From Candidatus Latescibacterota bacterium (lineage in GTDB: Bacteria; Latescibacterota; UBA2968; UBA8231), in NCBI GenBank assembly GCA_965217585.1, contig OZ244561.1:4384001-4448000 (forward strand): a stretch of 64,000 nt of DNA. Direction: 5' to 3'. The number at the start of each line of letters is the position of its first letter. Position 1 is the stretch's first letter. Positions 26,409 to 35,803 of the stretch are shown piece by piece. Made by a program: the position numbers and the translations under genes. Below the pieces are notes generated by a model. That model ran no database searches and was not told where the DNA came from. It saw only the letters and a list, made by a program, of their open reading frames with translations.

Positions 26409-26499
26409 AAGAATCTCTCCACTGAGCAGAGGTCAGTAGCCAGTGGCCCCGGTAGGGAAGAGACTGGCTACCGGCCACTGATCACTAACCACTGCTTCT

Positions 26500-26838
26500 C
26501 TACATCATGCCTAGTTCGAGTTTGGCCCCTTCGGTCATCATGTCGATCGTCCACGGCGGATCCCACACGACCTCGACCAAAGTCGTGGCGATGCCCGGGA
26601 CATGGGCCTTGATTTTGTGCTCGATTTCCGGCGGCAGCGTGCCGGCTACCGGACAGGCGGGCGAGGTCAAGGTCATGGTCACGTGGACGTCCTGCGAATC
26701 GCTGACCTCAATTTCGTAGATCAGGCCGAGGGCAAAGATATCGACCGGAATCTCGGGGTCGTAGCAGGTCTTGAGCACGGCCACCACTTTGGCCTCGGTA
26801 GAGTCGGTGGGAAAGGTTTTTTCGTGCAACAGTTCCAT
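26500..26838 (-). CDS. sufT: SUF system DUF59/SufT (PaaD-like) protein
   Basis: YDPEIPVDIFALGLIY, MTLTSPACPVA, VVWDPPW. Confidence 0.85.
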   Translation of the reverse strand: MELLHEKTFPTDSTEAKVVAVLKTCYDPEIPVDIFALGLIYEIEVSDSQDVHVTMTLTSPACPVAGTLPPEIEHKIKAHVPGIATTLVEVVWDPPWTIDMMTEGAKLELGMM

Positions 26839-26866
26839 GGCGGACTCCTTTTTAGATGGCGCGTTT

Positions 26867-27319
26867 CTATTCGGTGGATGCGGGAGACGGGTTTTGTTCT
26901 ATGGCCGCTTTGGCGGCGTGCCAAGCGAGGGTCGCGCACTTGACGCGCATGGGAAACTCGCGCACCCCAGAGAAGATGGCCATCTTGCCCAAGGTTTGGT
27001 GATCGACGGGCGCGTCCGGCTCTGCGGTCACCATCTGCTGGAACTGCTGAAACAGTTCGACCGCCTCGTCGGGCCGCTTGCCCTTGAGGGCGGTGGTCAT
27101 CAGCGAAGCCGAGGCTTTGGAAATGGCGCAACCCGACCCTTCAAAGCTAATGTCGGCAATCCGCTCGTCGGCCATGTGGAGATAGATGTGCAAGTGGTCG
27201 CCGCACAGGGGATTGTAGCCCTCTTGCGTACGATTGGCCTCCGGCAGCTTGCCGAAGTTGCGCGGATTTTTGTTGTGATCGAGGATGATCTGCTGGTATA
27301 GCTCGCGAAGCTCAGTCAT
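26867..27319 (-). CDS. sufU: SUF system NifU-family Fe-S assembly protein
   Basis: LYQQIILDH, NPLCGD, GSGCAIS, RVKCATLAW. Confidence 0.92.
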   Translation of the reverse strand: MTELRELYQQIILDHNKNPRNFGKLPEANRTQEGYNPLCGDHLHIYLHMADERIADISFEGSGCAISKASASLMTTALKGKRPDEAVELFQQFQQMVTAEPDAPVDHQTLGKMAIFSGVREFPMRVKCATLAWHAAKAAIEQNPSPASTE

Positions 27320-27363
27320 AGTTGAAGTGCCTCATTGATGTTGTATAAGCCACTACCCGTTCC

Positions 27364-28593
27364 TTATCCCCCAAACACCTTCTTGACCTTGTGCAACGCC
27401 GCGACTAGGGCGTCAATTTCCGCGCGCGTGTTGTAAAAAGCCAACGAGGCGCGCACCGTAGCGGGCACTTGGTAAAACTGCATGGTCGGCTGGGCACAAT
27501 GGTGGCCGGCGCGCACGGCAATGCCCTCGGCGTCGAGGACGGTGCCGATGTCGTGCGGGTGGATGTCGCCGAGTATGAAGGAGAGGACGGCCACACGCTC
27601 GCGGGCCGTGCCAATCAGGCGCAGGCCCGGGATGGCGGCGAGAGCGGCGTCTGCGTACGCGAGCAAGTCGGCCTCGTACGCGGCGATCTGCTCCCGCCCT
27701 ACGGAGTTGACGTAATCAATGGCGGCCTCCAAGCCCATGCCGCCGGCGATGTGCGGCGTGCCGGCCTCAAAGCGAGCCGGCGGGGCGGCATACGTGGTGC
27801 CGGCAAAGCTGACCTTTTCGATCATGGAGCCGCCGCCTTCATAGGGCGGCATGGCGTGTAAAAGGGCCTGCTTGCCGTAGAGCACACCGATGCCGGTGGG
27901 GCCGAAGAGCTTGTGCCCGGAAAAGGCGTAGAAGTCGCAGTCGAGGTCCTGCACGTCCACTGGCAAGTGGGGCACTCCTTGCGCTCCATCGACGACGACG
28001 ACTGCGCCGTGCTGATGGGCCAAGGCGGCGATTTCCTTTACCGGCAGGATGGTGCCGAGGGCGTTGGAAGCGTGGGCGATGGCCACGATGCGGGTGCGCT
28101 CGGACAGCAGGCGCTCGTATTCGTCGAAGAGGAACTCGCCCGTATCGCTGATGGGCACTACCCGCAGGCGCGCGCCCTTTTCTTCGCACAGCATTTGCCA
28201 CGGCACGATGTTGGAGTGGTGCTCTAGCTGCGAGACGATGATCTCGTCGCCGGGGCCTAGCTGCGATCGGCCATAGCTGTGGGCGACGAGATTGAGCGCC
28301 TCGGTGGTGCCGCGCACGAAGACGACCTCGCTGTTTTCGCGGGCGTTGATAAACTGGCCGACTCGGCCGCGCGCTCGCTCATAGGCAAAGGTAGCCTGTT
28401 GGCTGAGGAAGTGAACGCCGCGATGGATGTTGGAGTTTTCGCGGGCGTAGTAGCGCTGGAGCGCGTAGATGACCGTCAGCGGCTTTTGGGTGGTCGCGCC
28501 GTTGTCGAAATAGACTAGATCCTTGCCGCGAATTTTCTCGCCGAGCACGGGGAAGTCGCGGCGGATTTTGGCTACGTCAAAGGAAGCGGTCAC
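27364..28593 (-). CDS. sufS: Cysteine desulfurase
   Basis: YFDNGATTQKP, FSGHK, RAGHHCAQP. Confidence 0.95.
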   Translation of the reverse strand: MTASFDVAKIRRDFPVLGEKIRGKDLVYFDNGATTQKPLTVIYALQRYYARENSNIHRGVHFLSQQATFAYERARGRVGQFINARENSEVVFVRGTTEALNLVAHSYGRSQLGPGDEIIVSQLEHHSNIVPWQMLCEEKGARLRVVPISDTGEFLFDEYERLLSERTRIVAIAHASNALGTILPVKEIAALAHQHGAVVVVDGAQGVPHLPVDVQDLDCDFYAFSGHKLFGPTGIGVLYGKQALLHAMPPYEGGGSMIEKVSFAGTTYAAPPARFEAGTPHIAGGMGLEAAIDYVNSVGREQIAAYEADLLAYADAALAAIPGLRLIGTARERVAVLSFILGDIHPHDIGTVLDAEGIAVRAGHHCAQPTMQFYQVPATVRASLAFYNTRAEIDALVAALHKVKKVFGG

Positions 28594-29882
28594 GGGGCAA
28601 CTCCGGCGGCGGCTTGGTCCAGCCGACGGTCGACTAGCTGGTTGAGCTGGTTTTTAAGGGTGGGGACGCGCACGCGGTCGAGGACCTCGCCGGCGAAGGC
28701 CCGCGTCAGCACCCGGACAGCCTCGCGGTGGCCGATGCCTCGGGAGCGCAAGTAAAAGAGGGCGTCTTCGTCGAGCTGGCCGATGGTAGCTCCGTGCGAA
28801 CACTTGACGTCGTCGGCGTAGATTTCGAGTTGGGGCTTGGTGTTGATTTGCGCCGTCTCCGAGAGTAGGAGGTTTTGGTTGGCTTGATAGGCGTCGGTTT
28901 TTTGCGCGGCTTGGTGAACGTGGATCTTGCCGCGGAAGACGCCGGTGGCGCGGCCGCCGAGGATGCCTTTGTAGAATTCGTGGCTCTGGCAGTGGGGCTG
29001 GGCGTGTTCGATGAGCGTGTGGTTATCGACGTGTTGCGCTCCGTCCTCGATGTAGAGGCCGTTGAGGGTGGAGTCAACGCCTTCGCCTACTAAGGAGGTG
29101 TGGACGTGGTGGCGGGTCAGGCGTCCTCCCAAGGTGATGGCGGTCGAGCGGAATTGGGCGGCGCGTTCTTCGCGGACGTGGGTCGCCGCGACGTGGAAGG
29201 CGGCGGCGGACTCGCGCTGGACCCGGTAGTGGTCGAGCACGACGTTGGGGCCGACGAAGAATTCGCTGACGCTGTTGGTCAGATACGGTTCTGACCCTAA
29301 ACCGACGTAGCTTTCGACTAGGATCGCTTGGGTGTTGGCTTCGGCGACCACGAGGACGCGCGGATGGGAGACGACGTTGGCGCGTTGGCCGGTGGAGACA
29401 AACAGCAAGTGGATGGGCTGCTCGACGACGGCTCCCCGAGGCAGATAGACGACCGCACCGTCTTGCAAGAAGGCGGTGTTGAGCGCGGTGAAGGCCGCGT
29501 CCTCGGTAGCGGCGGCCTGGCCTAGGGCCGCCGAGACTAGGTCGCCGTTTGAGGCGATGGCTTCGCTCAAACGCTCGACGCGCACACCGGCGGATAGGCC
29601 GTTGAGTTGGGAATGCGCGAGGGCGAAGTGGCCATCGACAAAGACCAGCCCGTTGAGGCCGTAGCGGTAGTCGTCGAGAACGACAGGTGCCGTCGTGGAA
29701 TCGGCTAGCGCAAAGTTGATCCGAGTTAGCGGGGCAATGTTCGTAAAAGCCCACTCCTCGTCTTTGGTCGTCGGAAAGCCAGCAGCGGCGAAGTGCTCAA
29801 TGGCCTTTTGACGCAGCGGCAGCAGCGCACCTGTGCCGACGAGGTCTTTAAAGCACGACTGATAATGGGCGACGCCGTTCAT
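28590..29882 (-). CDS. sufD: Fe-S cluster assembly protein SufD
   Basis: [28 protein letters not shown]. Confidence 0.93.
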   Translation of the reverse strand: MNGVAHYQSCFKDLVGTGALLPLRQKAIEHFAAAGFPTTKDEEWAFTNIAPLTRINFALADSTTAPVVLDDYRYGLNGLVFVDGHFALAHSQLNGLSAGVRVERLSEAIASNGDLVSAALGQAAATEDAAFTALNTAFLQDGAVVYLPRGAVVEQPIHLLFVSTGQRANVVSHPRVLVVAEANTQAILVESYVGLGSEPYLTNSVSEFFVGPNVVLDHYRVQRESAAAFHVAATHVREERAAQFRSTAITLGGRLTRHHVHTSLVGEGVDSTLNGLYIEDGAQHVDNHTLIEHAQPHCQSHEFYKGILGGRATGVFRGKIHVHQAAQKTDAYQANQNLLLSETAQINTKPQLEIYADDVKCSHGATIGQLDEDALFYLRSRGIGHREAVRVLTRAFAGEVLDRVRVPTLKNQLNQLVDRRLDQAAAGVAP

Positions 29883-30628
29883 GCCGCTTGCTCCTTGACC
29901 CAATCGTAGCCCTTTTCCTCTAGCGTCAGCGCCAATTCCTTGCCGCCCGACTGGGCGATGCGTCCCTCGTAGAGCACGTGGACGAAGTCGGGGATTATGT
30001 AGTTGAGCAGGCGCTGGTAGTGAGTAACGACGACGACGGCTTTGTCTGGAGCGTGGAGTTGATTGACGCCTTGGGCGACGATCCGCAGCGCGTCGATGTC
30101 GAGGCCGGAGTCGGTCTCGTCGAGGATCGAGAGCTTGGGTTCCAACACGGCCATCTGCAAGATTTCGTGGCGCTTTTTCTCGCCGCCGGAAAAGCCTTCG
30201 TTGACCGACCGCTTGAGGAAGCTCTCGTCCATTTCCACCAAGGCGAGCTTTTCGCGGATTAGGCCGAGGAAGTCGAAGGCGTCGAGTTCCTCCTCGCCGT
30301 TTTGCTTGCGGAGTTCGTTATAGCTTTGGCGGAGGAAGTACGTGGAGTTGACGCCGGGGATTTCCACCGGGTACTGAAAGGCGAGGAATAGCCCGGCACA
30401 CGCCCGCTCTTCCGGCGCGAGTTCGAGCAAATCTTGGCCGCAGTACGTGGCCGACCCTTCGGTGATGTCGTAGCCCTCGCGGCCGGCGAGGACTTGCGCG
30501 AGGGTGCTTTTGCCCGAGCCGTTGGGGCCCATAATGGCGTGGATTTCGCCGGGTTCTACTGCTAGATTGACACCGCGCAGGATGGGGGTGTCTTCAACGG
30601 CGACGTGGAGGTTTTCGATGTAGAGCAT
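29879..30628 (-). CDS. sufC: Fe-S cluster assembly ATPase SufC
   Basis: [36 protein letters not shown]. Confidence 0.95.
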   Translation of the reverse strand: MLYIENLHVAVEDTPILRGVNLAVEPGEIHAIMGPNGSGKSTLAQVLAGREGYDITEGSATYCGQDLLELAPEERACAGLFLAFQYPVEIPGVNSTYFLRQSYNELRKQNGEEELDAFDFLGLIREKLALVEMDESFLKRSVNEGFSGGEKKRHEILQMAVLEPKLSILDETDSGLDIDALRIVAQGVNQLHAPDKAVVVVTHYQRLLNYIIPDFVHVLYEGRIAQSGGKELALTLEEKGYDWVKEQAA

Positions 30629-30667
30629 GACGTGCTTTCGGTTAGGGTTGTAATGCTATGGGTTTGT

Positions 30668-31144
30668 TTAGCCCTTCAATGCTTTTGTCAGTGGCGAGCC
30701 GCATCTCACCAGTTTAATCGGCACCGGCTTCCTGCGGAAAACGACGTGGTTGACAGATTTTAGAAAACCGTCGCGCTCAATGCGGTGAAGCTCGCCGCCG
30801 TACGCTGCGACAGGGCGAAATCTGACTTGGACATTCTGCGGAAGCAGTTTATCCGCAATATCGGCACCTGCGCGTAGCTGGGGCAGGAACTTGCTGACCC
30901 GAGCGGAACTTGCGGTCAATTCTACTGGTGCAACCCACGGTGCTCTGTTTGCGTTACTGCCTCCGATGAACAAGAAATCGCAATGTGCCTGATTTGCTTT
31001 AACCGGCGCGGCCTCGTGTTCCAAGCTGATTAGGACCGATGGTTCGGGCGCGCCCTCCAGCGATAGGGAGCAGCTTCCGTCTCGGCATACAGTTGTGTGG
31101 CATCGCATATCGGTTCTTTCCCGGACGATTCTTACTATCGACAC
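30668..31144 (-). CDS. Hypothetical protein, PD-(D/E)XK-like, partner of the AAA ATPase
   Basis: CDFLF...APVELT...QL pattern; starts 5 bp after the ATPase stop. Confidence 0.55.
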   Translation of the reverse strand: MSIVRIVRERTDMRCHTTVCRDGSCSLSLEGAPEPSVLISLEHEAAPVKANQAHCDFLFIGGSNANRAPWVAPVELTASSARVSKFLPQLRAGADIADKLLPQNVQVRFRPVAAYGGELHRIERDGFLKSVNHVVFRRKPVPIKLVRCGSPLTKALKG

Positions 31145-31149
31145 TGATA

Positions 31150-32772
31150 TTACCCCTCTTGAATGCGGGCGGAAATTTCTGCCCAGCGATTGTAGAGGGA
31201 TTCAGTGACCAAGCCGAAGCCAGCCGGAAAGGTTGCCGACTCGGTATCGAGCGAAATTTCTCGCACCACGGAACCTCTCCCTTCCGAACTCGGCTCGAAG
31301 AACCACGCTCCTAATTGATCGGGACTGAGCACTATATCTGCATTATCAATGCCCTCGCGCCGCTCCTCGGGAAGTTCTGCTAAGCGAACCAGATTGGCCA
31401 ACTCTTCCAGTACCCATTCGCTGTGGGTGGTAATGATGATTCGGATACCAGACTGCACGGCTGCTGCGAGTTGACGGGTGAACTCCACCTGCATGGCCGG
31501 ATGCAGGTGGGATTCGGGTTCTTCAATGATGAGCAGGTCGCCTAGCTGAACGACATGACGTAGGTATAGCACTACAGGTGCTAACTCCGACACCATGGAT
31601 GATGCATTCATCAAGGGCAAATCTCGCTTCCAGCCATTCGGTCGAAAGACAAACGAAGGGTAGTCGATTGGCGACTGTTCGACGCGGACGGCCCCCCGTA
31701 GTAGCGTCTGTTCCAAGCGCTGTGCGAGGTTATCGTAATTTTTATGGTGTGCCCGTCGCGATGAACCGGCCAACGCAACAAGCTGTTCCATAAAGTCGCC
31801 GAGAACTCCAGAAAGTACTGGCATGGGAGAATCCGGTCGTAGCGCAGCCCGCGATGCTCTCGCTATCAAAGATCGCACGACCACTTGATGTGCGTGCATT
31901 ACACCAGCGCGGTCGGCGGGAAGGTAATGCGCGGGGCGAGACAATGGGCCGGCGATATCTGAAGCAATGTCGCTAGCAAGAGTGCAAAGCAGGTCCTCTA
32001 AAATACGTTTGGCACGTTCCTTTCCGTCCGATTCCATATTCTCCAGTTCAGTCAGCCAGTCGATATTCAGATTGGCCGTCGCCTTACTTCCCATCTTGTT
32101 AAATCCCATATTCTCCAGTTCAGCCAACCAGTCTACGTGCCAGTTCCAGAGAAGGACTGAGATATCTCCCATATTCATCTGTAAGGGCATTGTATTCGGA
32201 ATTGTAGCATCTATTTTAGCCCCTTGCTCTGTTACTTCAACTTCGTATCCGAAAGGATCATTTTGTCCTACTTCCTCTGAGTTATTTTGATACAGGGAAA
32301 GTATAGTTTTGCCATCACTTAGATGGCGAATTAAAGTTTTCGCCTTCTCCACCCCAAAGCATCTTGTGATTTCACCCTCTAAGTCTCCGCTTAAATGTGC
32401 AATATTGTTGATAATTGGACGTACTGACATCGCAACGGATTCTGGTAATTCAATTAAGTAGGACTTCTCATGTTTAGTAGTTTGTAAGTCCGAAATCGTT
32501 TCTTTAATCCAATCATAAAGACCTGAAAGATCATTTGTCGACAAATCAAGACTTTGTCGCTTTCTCAGAAGCATTGGCGAGCGAATATCATCCCTTGAGT
32601 AGGCGTTGAAAAACTTATGTAGCACGTAAATGAGGGCCGCCATGTAGGATTTTCCGGTGTTGCTCGATCCCACGAATACGGACATTGGGCGCAGTTCGAT
32701 ACTCGCCGCGGCGATTGGGCCGAAATTGGAAATCGTTAGCTCAAGGGGCTTTGCCTTGGATGTCGTAGTCAT
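31150..32772 (-). CDS. AAA_15/AAA_21 ABC-type ATPase
   Basis: ISNFGPI, GSSNTGKS, ASSMVSELAP, IIEEPESHLHP, ITTHSE. Confidence 0.85.
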   Translation of the reverse strand: MTTTSKAKPLELTISNFGPIAAASIELRPMSVFVGSSNTGKSYMAALIYVLHKFFNAYSRDDIRSPMLLRKRQSLDLSTNDLSGLYDWIKETISDLQTTKHEKSYLIELPESVAMSVRPIINNIAHLSGDLEGEITRCFGVEKAKTLIRHLSDGKTILSLYQNNSEEVGQNDPFGYEVEVTEQGAKIDATIPNTMPLQMNMGDISVLLWNWHVDWLAELENMGFNKMGSKATANLNIDWLTELENMESDGKERAKRILEDLLCTLASDIASDIAGPLSRPAHYLPADRAGVMHAHQVVVRSLIARASRAALRPDSPMPVLSGVLGDFMEQLVALAGSSRRAHHKNYDNLAQRLEQTLLRGAVRVEQSPIDYPSFVFRPNGWKRDLPLMNASSMVSELAPVVLYLRHVVQLGDLLIIEEPESHLHPAMQVEFTRQLAAAVQSGIRIIITTHSEWVLEELANLVRLAELPEERREGIDNADIVLSPDQLGAWFFEPSSEGRGSVVREISLDTESATFPAGFGLVTESLYNRWAEISARIQEG

Positions 32773-32881
32773 AGCTGATTTTTCTTAGGCTGGTGAAACG
32801 CGACTAGAAAATCAGAGGGCAGCCTGTGATCCCACATATTGATGGTGTTGAAAGCGAACTTCCATCTTACAATTCTCACGG

Positions 32882-33385
32882 TCATTCGCCGTTTTTCCAG
32901 ATCATCTTGTATCTACCGCCCATTGCGGCGTCGAGTTCCTCCCAGGTAATCTTGCCAGCTCTTAGGTCGTCCAATTGTGCCCAAGTGATCTTGCCTGCTC
33001 GTAGCGCGTCGAGTTGTTCCCAAGTGACGCCGCCGCCCTTCAGAGTGTGCAGTTCCTCCCAGGTGATTTGTTCTTTTTTTAGAGCCTCAAATTCCTCTGC
33101 GGTAATGTTGCCATCCATCAAGGCGTCCTGCATGGCCCAGGTAGTGTAGGACAGCTTGGCACCGGTAGCTTTGTACTGACGACATGCCTCGATATCTTCC
33201 GAAGTGAGATGCGGCGAGTAGTCACTGATGATATCAGCTTCGGTGCGGCCATGTTCGAGTTCGTTGGTTATGAATTCAACGGAGAGTCGGGTGCCTTTCA
33301 CTGTCGGTTTGCCGCCGAGTATTAGCGGGTCTTTGACGATTCGGTCCTGCCAAAGTGGAGCTTGGGCTTGTTCTGCGGTTGTCAT
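32882..33385 (-). CDS. DUF433 domain protein with C-terminal 13-aa repeats
   Basis: RIVKDPLILGGKPTVKGTRLSVE...LTSEDIEAC, then repeats such as ITWEELHTLKGGG and VTWEQLDALRAGK. Confidence 0.85.
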   Translation of the reverse strand: MTTAEQAQAPLWQDRIVKDPLILGGKPTVKGTRLSVEFITNELEHGRTEADIISDYSPHLTSEDIEACRQYKATGAKLSYTTWAMQDALMDGNITAEEFEALKKEQITWEELHTLKGGGVTWEQLDALRAGKITWAQLDDLRAGKITWEELDAAMGGRYKMIWKNGE

Positions 33386-33439
33386 AATGTGTTTCTCACC
33401 AAGCTAAGCTACGCGGCAACATAGAGCAGGTGTCACGTA

Positions 33440-33494
33440 TTATTGTCCTTCACGTCAGTTGATTTACAGCTTTGAGCCCAATGCCAATACGCCA
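33440..33494. repeat. 55-bp inverted repeat, left arm
   Basis: TTATTGTCCTTCACGTCAGTTGATTTACAGCTTTGAGCCCAATGCCAATACGCCA matches the reverse complement of 35519-35573 at 54 of 55 positions. Confidence 0.95.
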
Positions 33495-33555
33495 CGGAAA
33501 AGTTATAATAAGTTTGTGACTCAATAGGAGGTTTTATATATATAAGGATCTCATA

Positions 33556-34816
33556 CAGGGCAATCGCATCAAAAGTGCCCAGCGGACAATACTTTAGCCA
33601 AATAGGTGTTATCCCATCCGGCCTTGAGCCGTTTGGTCTGGACGCCGACCTTGGCCGTCTTCTCTTGCTGGAGCAGACTCACGGCAATCTGTCGCAGGAG
33701 GGCCATATTTTCCGGGGCATGGCCGGTGCGTACCCGTGAGTCATCTTCACGGAAGACCACATCCAGTATCCAGTGCAAGGAATTTTCAATGCTCCAATGA
33801 CTACGCACCGCTTCACCAAACCGCTGGGCATCGTTGTCCAGGCTGGAGATATAGTAGCGTCGTTCCACGGAGACTTGATCGCCTACCTGTCGCTGGGCTT
33901 CAACCATACCGAACAAGCCTAAGCCCTTCCAAGCGGTCCCATCGGCAAAAGCGTCGACCTGATCGGTGGTCCAGTACCGGCGGGTCTCAATGCGGCCGTG
34001 GTTTTCATCGTAGGTCTCAAACATGTCGACCGATAGATCCTGATGCAGTTGAGGCTCCCCTCGGTCGAAGACCTGACGCAGATGATGCAACAGCTTGGGC
34101 TGATTAGCCTTGACGGCCAGTACGTAGTCGCCTTGCCGGTCGATGACCTGTTCGGCCACGCTTTTGTGGCAGCCGATGGCATCGACGGTGACGATGCAGC
34201 CTTTGAGCGCCAGCACACGCAGCAGTTCGGGAATGAGGGTGATCTCGTCCAGACCGCCTTCACAGTGGAACTGGCCTAACACCAGTCGGTTTTTCACCGC
34301 CCAGGCATTGACCATATGTACGGCTGCTTTACCCGAGGTTCGGTCATAAGAGTGGCGCAACGTTTTGCCATCAATAGGCACAATCTCTTCCTCAAGCTTG
34401 GGGAGGAGGGATTGGACCCAAGCACTGAAACAGTCCTGGAAATGCTCGGGCGAGATCCGGGCGAAGACGCGGCCGAAGGTGTCATGGGAAGGAATGCCAT
34501 TGGGCAACGCCAGAAAGGTTTTTAGCCAGTCGTATTTGGATCGCCCAAACTCAGCGATATGCACCCAGTTGTCGGCCCCGCAGATCGCGCCACACACGGC
34601 AATGACCACAATATCGATGAGACGATGCCTTTGGCTGCGCTCGATACGGGGATCGGGTACCTGGGAAAAATGTTCAATCAGTGAATCAGCCGAAGGTGCC
34701 ATGGGGAAACGTTCCAAGAGAAGGGGAGAGAAGCAGCGCACCAGCGCTATCGAAAAAGACACAGAAAATATAACATAACCCTATGACAAATCTCAATTTT
34801 TGGTGCGATTGCCCTG
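33556..34816 (-). mobile_element. Complete ISAs1-family insertion sequence (1261 bp)
   Basis: TIR CAGGGCAATCGCA(T/C)CAAAA at both ends; perfect 10-bp TSD GGATCTCATA at 33546-33555 and 34817-34826. Confidence 0.95.
33569..34702 (-). CDS. ISAs1-family transposase (start 34702, or up to 34762)
   Basis: PDPR, GIPSHDTF, IDGKTLR, VTVDAIGC, HGRIETR, RSHWSIENSLHWILDV. Confidence 0.95.
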   Translation of the reverse strand: MAPSADSLIEHFSQVPDPRIERSQRHRLIDIVVIAVCGAICGADNWVHIAEFGRSKYDWLKTFLALPNGIPSHDTFGRVFARISPEHFQDCFSAWVQSLLPKLEEEIVPIDGKTLRHSYDRTSGKAAVHMVNAWAVKNRLVLGQFHCEGGLDEITLIPELLRVLALKGCIVTVDAIGCHKSVAEQVIDRQGDYVLAVKANQPKLLHHLRQVFDRGEPQLHQDLSVDMFETYDENHGRIETRRYWTTDQVDAFADGTAWKGLGLFGMVEAQRQVGDQVSVERRYYISSLDNDAQRFGEAVRSHWSIENSLHWILDVVFREDDSRVRTGHAPENMALLRQIAVSLLQQEKTAKVGVQTKRLKAGWDNTYLAKVLSAGHF

Positions 34817-35350
34817 GGATCTCATATCTAACACTTCTTCTTCTTTTACTGGGTCTGTATAGATTTCAACAAATTTTTCTCCTTTTTTATAATAACAAAA
34901 ATGAACATAACGAACATCTGATTTCCTGTCAGCATAACCAAAGGTTATACTTTGATTAGAATCAAATCTCAGCAACTGCTCAACATACGAATCTTCTTCA
35001 TAACCTTTCATAAGTTCTCTAACAAATTTTTCAAAGCGATTAAACTCTATCGTAACTATATGTCCATTTGAGCTAAGTTTTTCACCTTCTTTTCTTTTCT
35101 CGTTTTCTGCTTCAATGCTACCATACATAACAACCTCGTGCGTATCATATCTCGGCTCAAAGTATTTTATTGCCTCTTCCGCAACATACACATTCTTGTT
35201 ATCATCTTCACATTCTCCGTTTTTAGGCCTCATTTTCTTTTTCCAACGCCATGCCCTCGAATCTATCCATTTCTTTTGTATTATAGGAATAGCCATTATA
35301 GATGTTGCCACTCCTGTTATTGCTATAAAAATCGTTGTTATTGTTTCCAT
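34793..35350 (-). CDS. AT-rich hypothetical protein with N-terminal membrane anchor; last 3 codons displaced by ISAs1
   Basis: AGGAGG RBS; hydrophobic N-terminus; removing the IS gives ...VLDMRSLYI* with TAA at 33534-33536. Confidence 0.75.
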   Translation of the reverse strand: METITTIFIAITGVATSIMAIPIIQKKWIDSRAWRWKKKMRPKNGECEDDNKNVYVAEEAIKYFEPRYDTHEVVMYGSIEAENEKRKEGEKLSSNGHIVTIEFNRFEKFVRELMKGYEEDSYVEQLLRFDSNQSITFGYADRKSDVRYVHFCYYKKGEKFVEIYTDPVKEEEVLDMRSQGNRTKN

Positions 35351-35518
35351 TATTCATTTCCTCCTAAAAGCTGTGAGCCTCAGCCTCAATCCCGCCGAAG
35401 GTCCGATTGATTTACTACCGCTTCACTGTCATGGACTCAATCGTCTCCTTCAGCTCCCTCCCCTCCCTGACTAGCTAGATCATTGGGATTTACAAACTTG
35501 GTTTACATTTATTCTGTA

Positions 35519-35573
35519 TGGCGTACTGGCATTGGGCTCAAAGCTGTAAATCAACTGACGTGAAGGACAATAA
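35519..35573. repeat. 55-bp inverted repeat, right arm
   Basis: Reverse complement of 33440-33494 with one mismatch. Confidence 0.95.
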
Positions 35574-35584
35574 GATACTAAGAG

Positions 35585-35803
35585 TAGAGGTCTCAGGGCA
35601 GGACCCGGGCGATTACCTGAGAGGTAAGGGATAAGATGGGATCGTCGCTAAAAACTACAGCGAGACTAAAAGAAAGCCAGCCAATTACGACTAGGGGGTT
35701 TGTAAAACCTACAAACATCTCATACAACTTTCTCATCTGTCCACCTCCTTTCTTTTTCAGGCTACTGTAGTCCTCCCGCGCAGATCGCGCCCTGAGACCT
35801 CTA
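35585..35803. repeat. 15-bp perfect inverted repeat pair (35585-35599 / 35789-35803) bracketing a small ORF
   Basis: TAGAGGTCTCAGGGC and GCCCTGAGACCTCTA, with weaker pairing for about 12 bp further inward. Confidence 0.85.
35593..35736 (-). CDS. 47-aa small membrane protein MRKLYEMFVGFTNPLVVIGWLSFSLAVVFSDDPILSLTSQVIARVLP
   Basis: Perfect SD AAGGAGGT; one hydrophobic segment. Confidence 0.6.
   Translation of the reverse strand: MRKLYEMFVGFTNPLVVIGWLSFSLAVVFSDDPILSLTSQVIARVLP

Noticed and set aside
23109-33410. Loosely similar leaders (TTCACCA...GAAAA on the minus strand) before the two ATPase genes and DUF433
   Set aside because: Short and degenerate; cannot be separated from chance without more copies.
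33444-35569. TGT...ACA termini suggesting a Tn7/Mu-like transposon
   Set aside because: Flanks ATTAT and ATAAG are not a 5-bp TSD, the IR extends beyond TGT/ACA, and no tns genes are present.
33440-35573. 55-bp IR as the ends of the ISAs1 element
   Set aside because: ISAs1 has its own 19-bp TIRs and 10-bp TSD at 33556 and 34816.
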